Assembly (NCBI RefSeq): GCF_004010195.1
Contig: NC_057756.1
Location: forward strand, 8,938,320-9,002,319
Source: Chiloscyllium plagiosum
Taxonomy: Eukaryota
Length of the DNA: 64,000 nt
Reading direction: 5' to 3'
The translations under genes and the position numbers were made by a program. Shown in pieces: positions 50,277 to 61,410 of this stretch. The notes under the pieces are model-generated. The model was not told where the DNA came from. It did no database searches and worked only from the letters and a program-made list of their open reading frames with translations. The first letter of the stretch is position 1. Every line of letters starts with the position of its first letter.

Positions 50277-53200
50277 TCATTCTTTCTTTCGCAGCTTAAT
50301 TTTCAGAGGATTTTCTGTAGGATGGGTGTGCCACTCCGCAGGAGTTCACAGGACCTTTGACACGAGTGTGATGGCTCCACTCTTTCTCAGCAGGGTTAGA
50401 AGAGTTAGGAACGGTCCCTCCCAACTTGGGTGTAGTTTGGTATCCTTCCAGGTTTTAATCAAGACCTAATCACCTGGTCGTATACGGTGTACTGCAAACT
50501 CTAGTGGTGGTGTTTGTACCAACAAGCCTTTGTTCCCAAGAACAGATAATGAAGAACCAAGTGCCATAATATAATTTTTCAAAAATTTATCATTAAACTC
50601 AGCTGTAGGTACCTCTCCTTTCCCTCCTAGAAATGGTAGTCCAAACATCATTTCATAAGGGGAAAGACCAATATCGCACCTTGGGCAGTTTGGACACGTA
50701 ATAGTACAATAGGCAAACATTTGGTCCATGGTAATCGAGTCTCTATGACTAATTTAGATAATTGTTTCTTCAAAGTCTGATTCATTCATTCCACATGTCC
50801 GGAGGAGAGTGGGTGCCAAGGGGTGTGAAATTCCCAAGAGATTTCTAATCCTGCCATTACTCCTTGTAGGATACTAGAAGTAAAATGGCTACCTTGATCT
50901 GAATTTATATTTTCCACTATTCCATATCTTGGAATAATATGTTTGAGAAGGGTTTTTACCACTCCTTTTGAGGTGACTGACGACATTGGGAATGCTTCTA
51001 CCCACTCTGTTAAATGGTCTACTAAGACCAACAGGTATTTCTGCTTTCCCACTGGGGGTAGTTCAGTGTAGTCTACTTGTATACTTTGGAAGGGTCTCAC
51101 CCCTGGGTTTCTTCCTCCTTTGGGTATTTCCCTTATTATTTTCTTATTAATCTTCCGGCAAGTTGTACATCCTATGCATATTTGTTTTGCCAGTGTATAG
51201 ATTCCCTTGCATCCATATTTCCTTAACACAATGTCGCACATAGCTTGGGAGCCCCAATGACTACCTTGGTGTAAAGTAGCTAGGATGTTTCTCATAACTG
51301 GTTTACTCACCAATTCCCTCCCATCTGGCAAGATCCATTTTCCTTCAGTTGTCTTATTGGCCCCTATTTCCTGAAATTCTTTTTCTTCTTCCTCTATGTA
51401 CACGGGGTTCACAGAAGAAGAATCAACTAGGGGGCATTAGTACCTGCATTCTTGTTACTGTGTGTTTCATAGCTGCTTCTTTGGCTATTTCGTCCACTAG
51501 CCTGTTTCCCTTTGCTTCTAGTGTGTTCCCTTTCTGGTGTCCGGGTACATGGACTATAGCTATCTCCCGGGGTAATTTGAAGCTCCCCAATACTTGTCCT
51601 ATCAATTCTTCATGCACTAATTCCGTCACTCTACTATTGATTAGTCCCTGTTCTTGCCATATCTTTCCAAAGATATGAACTACCCCGTAAGTATACTTAG
51701 AGTCAGTATAAATTGTTCCATCGCGATTCTCTAAGTGTTTTAAAGCTTGGTTCAATGCATACAATTCACAAGTCTGTGCTGACCATGCGTTAGGTAGCCG
51801 GTCAGCTTCCACTATTCGGTTCTCATTACCGTCCACTACTGTGTACCCATTGCATCGTTTTCCTTCCACTATTCTTGATGACCCAGCTATAAATAATCTG
51901 TCTCCTTCCTGTAAAGGAATGTCTCTCAGGTCATGCCTAATCTTAGTCTGATATTCTATGATATCTAAACAGTCATGTTCTAGTTCTCGTTTGTCTCGAG
52001 GTTCTCCCTTCTATAAGAAGGTAGCTGGGTTTAGACAGGTGTCTGTTGCTAATACAAGGTCATCTTTTTCCATCAGAATGGCTTCGTATTTTAAAATTCG
52101 TGAATCTGTTAACCATCTTCCTGCCTTTTGGTTTAACACAGTTCTGACCTGATGGGGGGTACTAACTACTAGTGCTCCTCCAAAAGTGAGCTTCCGACTT
52201 TCTTCTACCAATATGGCAGTCGCTGCTACTGCCTGTATACATTCAGGCCATCCTCTTGAAACTGGGTCCAAAACTTTGGACAGGAAAGCTATAGGTTGTC
52301 TATTTCCTCCTCCTTTCTGAGTTAATACTCTTAAGGCTGCTCCATCATTTACTGTTACAAAAAGGTGAAATGGTTTCTCTTGTGAGGGAAGGGCCAAATC
52401 TGGAGTTTGTATTAAACTATGCTATAACTCGCGTAATTTTTCTTTTTCTTCTTCTGTCCAGTGCAATTTTTCATGTTCGGACTCAGTCAATTTATAATAT
52501 AGCCCCTTTGTTTTCTGAGCATACGACTCTATCCATAATCTGCAATAGCCCATTAACCCTAGAAACTTCCGAAATTCTCGTTTGGTTTCCAGGAGGGGCA
52601 GTTCTACTATCCCTTGAATTTTGTCGGGGCTAATACGTCTAGTTCCTTTGCTAATAAGGTGTCCTAAGTATTTCACCTCTTTATCTGCATATTGCTATTT
52701 ACTCCTAGTTACTCTTAACCCCTGTTGTCCTAGGAAATTTAACAACCCATTGGTAGCTGAGCTTACATCATTTCTATTTTGTCCTGACACGTAGATCATC
52801 TACGTATTGCAACAGTGACGTTCCCCGAGGCATTTTATGTTGTTCCAGGACTTGTTCCAGTACTTGCCCAAATAAATTAGGTGATTGTGTGAATCCCTGG
52901 GGAAGTACCATGCATCGGAATTGTTGTTTTCTGCCACTGTATGGATTTTCCTATTCAAAAGCAAATATATCATGACTCTCTGGGGCTAAAGGACAAGCCC
53001 AGAATGCATCTTTTAAATCTATCACACTAAACCAACAGTGGTTGCACGGTATCTTACTAAAAAGGGGTATATGGATTAGGCACCACTGGGTGGCGTGTCT
53101 GAACCAGTCGATTTACTGATCTGAGATCTTGTACTAAATGGCTTCCGAACTGGTAGTATTGGAGTATTAAAGGGTGACATGCATGGTTCCAATAACCCTT

Positions 53201-54331
53201 CTTTTGCGAGGGAGTCTATTACTGGTTGTAGACCCTTGCGTCCCTCTAATGAAACTGGATATTGTTTAATTCTTACTGTTTTATTTTCTTGTGACAGCAT
53301 AATTACAATGGGATTAATGATGCTGGAAGAGCACAGCAATTCAGGCAGCATCCGAGGACAGGCAAAATCGACATTTCGGGCAAAAGCACTTCATCAGGAA
53401 TAAAGGCAGAGAGCCTGAAGCATGGAGAGATAAACTAGAGGAGGACATTGACAGGATGCAGAGCTGGGCTGAGAAGTGGCAGATGGAGTTCAAGTTGGAA
53501 AAGTGTAAAGTGATTCACTTTGGAAGGTCAAGTTTGAATGCAGGGTTAAAGGCAGGATTCTTGGCAGTGTGGAGGAACAGAGGGATCTTGGGGTCCATGT
53601 CCATAGGTCTCTCAAAGTTGCCGCCCAAGTTGGTAGGGTTGTTAAAAAGGCGCATGGTGTGTTGGCTTTCATTAGCAGGGGATTGAGAATAAGAGCCGCA
53701 AGATTATGCTGCAGCTCTATAAGGCCCTGGTCAACCACACTTGAAATGCTGTATTCTGTTCTGGTGGCCTCATTATAAGAAGGATTTTGAAACTGTGGAC
53801 ATATTCCTGATGAAGGGCTTTTGCCCGAAACGTCGATTTTGCCTGGCCTCGGATGCTGCCTGAATTGCTGTGCTCTTCCAGCACCACTAATCCAGAACAA
53901 TTGGATTAATGTTTAAATAACCTGTGTTTCCAGTTCTTGCCCGCACATTAGGATTTGTCTGCTCTTCGGCACTGGTCGTTAATCTATTCATCGTTACAGC
54001 TACCGAATTGTTCTCAACTCTGATCTTTAAATTTAGTAAAATTATCATATCTCTACCTAAAAGGTTGCTAGCGACATCAGGGATATATAATAATCGTTCC
54101 GTTATTTCTTCGTTATTTACTTTTATTAAAGTTGGTTCGAAAACAGGCACTAGGAATTCTTCCCCTTTTATTCCAGAAATCTTGAGACTTTTGTTAGTTA
54201 ACTTAACACCACTAGGTCTAAAGCTTAGGGATGATCGGGCTGCTCCCATCTATTTCCTCTCCCTTAGGCCCCACCTTCAAATTTATCAAGGGTTCCTGGC
54301 GGGTTTCAGGAAGAAGGAACCCCTGACTTCC
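50277..54331 (-). pseudogene. pol: ERV pro-pol (PR, RT, RNase H, IN), disrupted
   Basis: LLGRD, LPQGF, YVDD at 52795-52806, IYTDSKY, HQGSH..CTTC, QVDYTE / SDQGSHF / SSGHVE. Confidence 0.92.
53320..53896. mobile_element. fold-back Penelope/hammerhead element enclosing a CR1 fragment, inserted in pol
   Basis: 15-bp TSD acaat(g/t)ggattaatg (53305-53319, 53897-53911); hammerhead 53807-53834 (+); CR1 sequence ~53440-53785. Confidence 0.85.
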
Positions 54332-55817
54332 CTATTCTTCATCAAAAGTCATTAACGAAACTGCTTCTTTTTGTCGCATTAGCTTTGGACAATCTTTCTT
54401 AAAAATGTCCTGTTACTCCACAGTAATAACATCCTGCCGATTGTCTTTTTTATAATCTGTTCTTTGCCTCTCGTCTTTCCTTGTTGCTTTCTGATTCTAT
54501 CTTTCTCTTCACAACTTCCTCAACTGCTGCAACCATTATTTTAGCTTTCTATTTCTGTTTCTCATCTTTTTACATATACTTTCTGTGCTTCATGTAACAA
54601 TTCCTACATCTGTCTCTCACTCCATCCATCTAATTTCTGTAACTTCTTTTGTATGTCTGGCCATGATTTGGTTACGAACTGAACCTTCAAAAGTCCCTGA
54701 GCTACTGGATCATTAGGATTCATTCCTGAATATTTTCTAGTGACTTCTTTTAGCCTTTGCAAGAAAGCTGACGGGGCTTCATCTTTGTCTTGTCTTACTT
54801 CAAAAGCTTTCGTAAAATTTTGGGATCTAGGCGCCACCTCTCTGATTCCTAAAATAACCATCTCTCGAAAGTCCCTCATTTCTCCTCTATCATGTTCATC
54901 CATACCCTTTCATCGTGGGTCTATATTGGGGAATTTGTTTTCAGCTGGTATTACTCCCTTGCCCACAGGGTGTCTCTTTTCCCATTCCCTAAGCACTTCT
55001 AATCTTACCCCTTTCTTCTCCTGAAAATAGTGTCCCCATAATACTCATCAGTTCACCCCATGTACACAAATTCGGTCCCAGGAATTGATTCAACTGTTCT
55101 GTCAATCCTACTGGATCTTCAATCAAACTTTTCATTTCTCTTTTAAAAACCTAACTTTACTACTGGTCAGCGGTGCATTAACATATCAGATTTCACAATT
55201 ACCGACGGGTAATTCTCTAAAGGGGATATATTTGTGCCGATGCCCTGCCTATGTCCCTCTCTTCACTTCTTTTTACTGCTGATCTCATTCTAAATCGGAC
55301 TCAAGAGAAGGTCTTCCCCCGGACCTCTTTCAGGTCCTTGTACCTGAGGGGGTGCTGTGGGAGAGGGAAACGACGGACCATTATTATCATTGTTATATGG
55401 GGGAGGGAGTAAACTTGACAAAGGATCCCAGCGGGAATCCTTTGTTTCCTCATTGCCTTCTTCTGTTCTTGACTTTTTCAGAATTAAAATTTTCGGGCTC
55501 CCTATCAGACAGGCAACGTAGTCAGATTCTTTATAGGAGCACTTATGTTTCCTATTTACATATATATTTAAATCTTGATATAACCAATCCTCGTCAGACC
55601 CATATTTAGGCCAAAATACATTTGGGGCTTTAATGCTTTCCTTAGTCCACTCAAAACAACAAAATTTTATCATTTGTTTTTGGTCTTTTCCTCACGTCCA
55701 AGGATTGTATTTCCAATCTCTTCGCATTTTTCCTAAAGGACTGTCCATTGGGATATAGTCTTCGGCTGTCTCTCTCATGTCTCTTTCTACATCTGAATTG
55801 CTATTCTTATTTCCCAT
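54332..55817 (-). pseudogene. gag: ERV gag, disrupted
   Basis: MGNKNS myristoylation motif, WPKYGSDEDW, PPPY and PTAP late domains, MHR-like VRQDKDEAPSAFLQRL, CYYCGVTGHF..C knuckle; ends DEE-TAG. Confidence 0.9.
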
Positions 55818-56025
55818 TTTAATACTCGGCTGTTTTCTTTATATAATTTTAAATTAACCTCTCTGAAGTTCGGTGTTACCTTCTTCCACACCCACTTCAG
55901 GGTCTCAGACCGGATCTCGCTTGCCCGAGCCGCCGCAGCAATGGGGGAAAAAGTAGAGACCACCGAAATCGGCAGGGTGCACCTTCTCCGATTTTTCCGA
56001 AATTGCCGAGAGACCGGAGCTTGGG

Positions 56026-56044
56026 ATCCCAGGACGAGCACCCA
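56026..56044 (-). promoter_or_regulatory. primer-binding site, tRNA-Pro-like
   Basis: TGGGTGCTCGTCCTGGGAT versus canonical TGGGGGCTCGTCCGGGAT, 4 nt after the 5' LTR. Confidence 0.8.
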
Positions 56045-56048
56045 AATC

Positions 56049-56654
56049 TGTTAGAAACAAACTCAAAATTTTAGACGAGACCAACAAATCTGGAAACAAG
56101 ACAATTTATTACGGACTTGCAAGTACGGGCTGCAACTGCACAAAGCAATTGAGCGAATTAGACTTGGGTTAGTTTACAATTATACCTTTGAGCTGAGTGA
56201 GGTCACCCCTCCAGACTCCTAATTACTCAATCTCTCTTACTAGGCTATACAACTGCCCATCTTCACTCCACTCTTATTACTTCCCCTTCCCCATGTTGGC
56301 AACCTTCCTCCCTGTTAGTGCTGACATTTTCCTTATTTTGTCGATAGTACCTCAACATATAGTTTAACATTTTGTATCAATACTGCTGGTACATACCATT
56401 TTCCATACACTTCAACTTTGTATCATTTTTGTACAGCTCAGACATTTTAGTTATCTCAGTTTTTTTGCTGAAAACTTATTTTAAAAGCGTTAACTTGCTT
56501 ATATTATTCTCCAGAATTAGTATTTAATTAACCATAATGAAAAGTAAAGATACGCTTCCCTAAGTACCTGCAGAGTTAATAATTTTTCTGCTGGACCCCT
56601 TTTCTTCATGTTCTTTTATATCTGCAAAAACAACACTTCTTTTCATTTCTAACA
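56049..56654 (-). repeat. ERV 5' LTR
   Basis: TG..CA ends with a 9-bp inverted repeat; adjacent PBS. Confidence 0.92.
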
Positions 56655-57174
56655 TTTCTAAGTCCCAAGTCACAAACTCACTATCCCAACTTGGAGAAAT
56701 ATTCACTGTTCCTGCATTATGATTGGGTCAAAATCCTGCAACTCCCTCCCTAAAGGCACCATAGGAGCACCCTCATCAGACAGGAGTTAAACATTTCAAG
56801 ATGATCACTAACACCTTCTCCAGAGGCTAGAGAAAACAGTTAGCGTGTTCAAAGCCACAGCAACAAGAGAATTGACCCCTGACCAACATTTCTGGACAGG
56901 ATTGTTTCACCAGATGGGACTGAGATTGTTCAAGAAATTCATCAACACCTTCTTAAGGAGAATATGGGATGAGCAATAAATGCTAACCTTGCCAGTGATC
57001 CCATATTATTGGGAAGATGTTGCCAGCGTTGGAGGGTTTGATTTATAGGGAGAGGCTGAAAAGGCTAAGGCTGTTTGTCAACTGCCTTTTCTGCTAACCT
57101 CCATCCCCAATCCACTCCAAATCAATCAACTCTACCCTCATTCCTATATTTAACCAAGGGCAATTATATAAAAA

Positions 57175-58034
57175 AAATCACATAATGAGGTTAGAGTCCA
57201 ACAGGTTTATTTGGAAGTACAAACTTTCGTCAGGTAGCTATTGGGGCAGGATCATAGGACACACACAAAATTTATAGTAAAAGATCAAAGTGTCATACAG
57301 CTGACGCGATGTCTTGAACAAAGTTAGGTCGCTGTAAAGCCTCGCATCACTTAGAATGGGTCGCAGATTTTGAATCATTAATATGTAAATTCCAGAGCAT
57401 CTTTCAAGTCACATTCCCAAGATAATTTAAGGTTAAAAAAAGGTGACACCTCAGTTCAGACAATGCATTAAAGGTGTGAGGTTAGAATCTGTTGCTGTCT
57501 CTGACACACACACACACACACAGACACTTACATATACACCCTCTCACAAGCATATAATCTGTCACACATGTGCACGCATGCACTAATGTACACACACACA
57601 CGTCTATGGGGTGAATTTGCAGATACATTCTATTTTGTTCCAAAAGTACACAATCTGTAGGCAGTCAGTCCATGTGACATTTTGGAAATAGAACCAGTCT
57701 GACTCAAGGTTGGAATACACACAGACTCTAACCTCACATCTTTAATGCACTGTCTGAGCTGAGATATCACCTTTTTTATAAAACCTTAAGTTATCACGGG
57801 AATGTGACTTGAAAGATGTTCTGGGATTTACATATTAATGAATCGAAACCTGCAACCCATTCTAAGTAATTAAAGACTTAACAGCAATCTAGGTTTGTTC
57901 AATACATCACATCAGTTGTATGACACTTTGATCTTTTACGATCAATTGTGTCCTATGATCTTGCCCCATTAGCTATGTGACAAAGAAGCAGTTCTCGGAA
58001 AGCTTGTTCTTCCAAATAAACCTGTTGGACTATA
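57175..58034. mobile_element. fold-back element with ~300-bp inverted arms around a CA-rich spacer
   Basis: 57193-57491 is the reverse complement of 57721-58034; terminus of the gtccaacaggtttatttggaag family. Confidence 0.7.
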
Positions 58035-58036
58035 GC

Positions 58037-58345
58037 AGGTGGCACAGTGGCTGTGGTTAGCACTGCTGCTTCACAGCACCAGGGACACAGGTTCAATCCC
58101 AGCCTCGGGTGACTGTCTTTGGAATTTGCACGTTCTCAGTGTCTGCTTGGGTTTCCTCCGGGTGCTCCGGTTTTCTCCCACAGTCCAAAGATGTGCAGGT
58201 TAGGTGAATTGGCCATGCTAAATTGCCTGCAGTGCTAGGTGCATTAGTCAGAGGGAAATGGGTCTGGGTGGGTTAATCTGAGGGTCGGTCGGTGGACTGG
58301 TTCGGCTGAAGGGCCTGCATCCGTACTATAGGGAATCTAATCTAA
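58037..58345 (+). mobile_element. HE1-like V-SINE
   Basis: A-box TGGCACAGTGG, B-box GGTTCAATCC, V-domain and aatct-repeat tail. Confidence 0.8.
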
Positions 58346-58406
58346 TGATCTGGTGCTGTGTGATTTTCAGCTCCGTCCAACCGACTGACCCCACATGGAC
58401 TCCAGA

Positions 58407-58761
58407 TTCTGGATCAGTGGTGCTGGAAGAGCACAGCAATTCAGGCAGCATCCGACGAGCAGCAAAATCGACATTTCGGGCAAAAGCCCTTCATCAGGCA
58501 GGTCGGACAAGTCCGGACAGGTCAAGGGGATAGTGCGGGCTGGAAGTTTGAAACTCGGATGAGGTGGGGGAAGGGGAAATGAGGAAGCTGTCTCCTCTAG
58601 CTTATCTCTCCACGCTTCAGGCTCTCTGCCTTTATTCCTGATGAAGGGCTTTTGCCTGAAATGTCGATTTTGCTGCTCGTCGGATGCTGCCTGAATTGCT
58701 GTGCTCTTCCAGCACCACTGATCCAGAATCTGGTTTCCAGCATCTGCAGTCATTGTTTTTA
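58407..58761. mobile_element. fold-back Penelope/hammerhead mini-element
   Basis: 17-bp TSD cccacatggactccaga (58390-58406, 58762-58778); inverted arms with hammerhead-like cores. Confidence 0.85.
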
Positions 58762-58909
58762 CCCACATGGACTCCAGACTACATTCAGACCAACACGCCC
58801 CCACGTCGATCTCTGCCCCCACAACCAACTCCGCTCCAGCCCCACACCAGGTCCTAGATCCCAGCCCTGCCGTATTTTTACCATCCCTCCCTTAGTCCAA
58901 GAACTCCTA

Positions 58910-60045
58910 GATTACACCTCCTCCCACCCTGCCCCCTGTAAAAACGCCATCCCACATTCCCAATTCCTTCATCTCCGCTGCATCTGCTCCTAGAAGGATA
59001 AATTCCACCACCGAACAACCCAAATGGCCTACTTTTTCAAAGACCGCTGTTTCCCCTCCGACGAGGTCGATGATGCTCTCCATCGCATCTCCTTCACTTC
59101 CCACACCTCCGCCCTTGAACCCCGCCCCTCCAATCACCACCAGGTCAGAACTCCATTGATCCTCACCTTCCACCCCACCAACCTCCAGATACACTGTATC
59201 ATCCTCCATCATTTCCGCCACCTCCAAACAGACCCCACCATCAGGGATATATTCCCCTCCCGACCCCTATCAGTGTTCTGGAGAGACCACTCTCTCCTCG
59301 ACTCCCTCGTCAGGTCCACACCCCTACCAACCCAACCTCCATACCCGGAACCTTCCCCTGCAACCGCAAGAAGCGCAAAACTTGCGCCCAAACCTCTCCC
59401 TTCACCTCCCTCCAAGGTCCCAATGGATCCTTCCATATCTGTCGCAAATTTACCTGCACGTCCACACACATCATTTACTGTATCCGTTGCACCCCATGTG
59501 GTCTCCTCTACATTGGGGAGACAGGCTGCCTACTTGCGGAACGTTTCGGGGAACACCTCTGGGACACCCGCACCAACCAACCCAACCGCCTTGTGGCTGA
59601 ACACTTTAACTCCCCCTCCCAATCCGCCAAGGACATGCAAGTCCTTGGCCGCCTCCATCGCCAGACCCTGACCACATCACGCCTGGAGGAAGAGCGCCTC
59701 ATTTTCCGCCTAGGAACCCTCCAACCACACAGAATGAATGTAGATTTCTCCAGCTTCCTCATTTCCCCTCCCCCCACCTTTCCTCAGTCCCAACCCCCAG
59801 ATTCAGCACCGCCCTCTTGACCTGCAATCTTCTTCCTGACCTCTCCGCCCTCACCCCCTCTCCGACCTTTCACCCTCAACTCCTATCGTATTCCCAGTGT
59901 CCCTCCCCCAAATCCCCTACCTTTTATCTCCACCCGCCTGGCACACCAGCCTCATTCCTGAAGAAGGGCTTATGCCCGAAACGTCGATTCTCCTGCTCCT
60001 CAGATGCTGCCTGGCCTGGTGTTTTTCCACCATCACATTTTTCAA
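58910..60045 (+). mobile_element. Penelope-like element 3' half (RT thumb, Cys linker, GIY-YIG endonuclease, pLTR)
   Basis: AIPHSQFLHLRCICS..PLILTFHP..PCNRKKRKTC..IIYCIRCTPCGLLYIGETG..EERLIFRLGTLQP; hammerhead 59958-59985. Confidence 0.88.
59958..59985 (+). ncRNA. minimal type I hammerhead ribozyme motif
   Basis: CTGAAGA-a-GGGC(ttat)GCCC-GAAA-CG-TC. Confidence 0.75.
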
Positions 60046-61410
60046 TAGTGGGAGTACAGAGTGGTTTGGTGTCCTGACCTCAGCAAGAGGATGTACTTGT
60101 TTTGGAAGGGGTGCAATAAACTTTCATTGGACTAAGCCTTTTCACTAGGTGGGCTGTCCTTTGAACAGACTGTTACTCCCAGATTTCTGGAAGAATGGGA
60201 CTTTACCTCATTGGAGCTATCAAATTTACATTAAGTTCATTTTGGGACCAATAATTTTTTTTTAAATTCGCTTAGTGACATAGTTTGAGACCCCAGATAC
60301 ACATAGAGAATAAAGTCACCAGATTCCACAGTGTTAAACAAAATAAGCTTTACTAAACAAAGTTACAATAGCAAGAATAATGTGCAATATATGTACAACT
60401 TGCATTGTACCATATAGAATTAACATGAGACAAATACAGACAAACTGATAATACACTCCAGAGCACAAATAGCAAATGAGGTCAAGGCAATTACCACGTA
60501 TTTCTTAACGGATCAAGGTATTATTAATGTGTGGGTCATCAGATATCATTGAAACTTTATAATGGATTCAGTTTTTAAGGTCTTCAAAAGTGCACCATCA
60601 TGGACTGTCTTAATGATTGCTCACATCCTGGTAGTTCACTCTCCTTCCTAAATTTTTCAATTCTTGAGACTGACCCCAGCATCTACACAAGGATACAATT
60701 TTAGCTCTTTGCAGACAGCTAACTTCACAAAGCTACCATCGCCCCGGTTTCACAACTTCGATTTTTCACAACTGCACTAAGCAAATACTGTTTGTATAAA
60801 TCTTTTACTCCATTCTCAGCTGTACTGAACAAAAGCTGGCTTACATTTTCCAAGCCATTATGGATCTGAGTTTGAAGCACAACACAGCTGCTTCCAGGAC
60901 TTTTCCTGTGTCCTACCTGCATGGAGACCATTACAGTAGTGCCCTTTAAGAATGAAGCCTCTTTATCCGAAAGTTGACCACCTCAGCTGTCAAATGTGCA
61001 CCCTGGCTGCCATACACAGGCATTCATGCTCGTACCGTCCAGTGATTTCTCTTTCCATAGAGCTGGGAGTGGAAGGGCATGGGAAAATTGTAGTCCTTTA
61101 CCTCCACCTCTTAAGAAAGGTCAGCTCACACCTTAATGCAGGAACCAGACTGTGGGCTTATCTGTCAGAACCCCCTTTAAAACAGGAACCAGTCTCTGGG
61201 TTTATCGCTCTGAATTCCCTTTAATACAGAAACTAGACTCTGCATGATGCCACTTGATCAGATGGTTTACCAGGAAACAGCCAAATTTCTTCCTCCAAAG
61301 TGTTTTTTTAAGTATCTTATAAGCTTTGTGAAAGAGATTTCCATTTCCGTAAAATGTATTGTATGTTTCTGATATCCTGATGTATTCTCCTAGCATGTGC
61401 ACAAATAGAC

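Larger units (their letters stand above)
47940..56654 (-). mobile_element. class I (gamma-like) endogenous retrovirus, full length, defective
   Basis: Two LTRs with TGTTAGAAA..TTTCTAACA termini; PBS, gag, pro-pol, env and PPT in order; 4-bp flanks tctc/tttc. Confidence 0.95.

Noticed and set aside
58037..58115. tRNA gene (A and B boxes)
   Set aside because: It is the tRNA-derived head of a V-SINE, continuous with the SINE body
60274..60935. possible second solo LTR
   Set aside because: Only one TG/CA end is intact and I found no TSD
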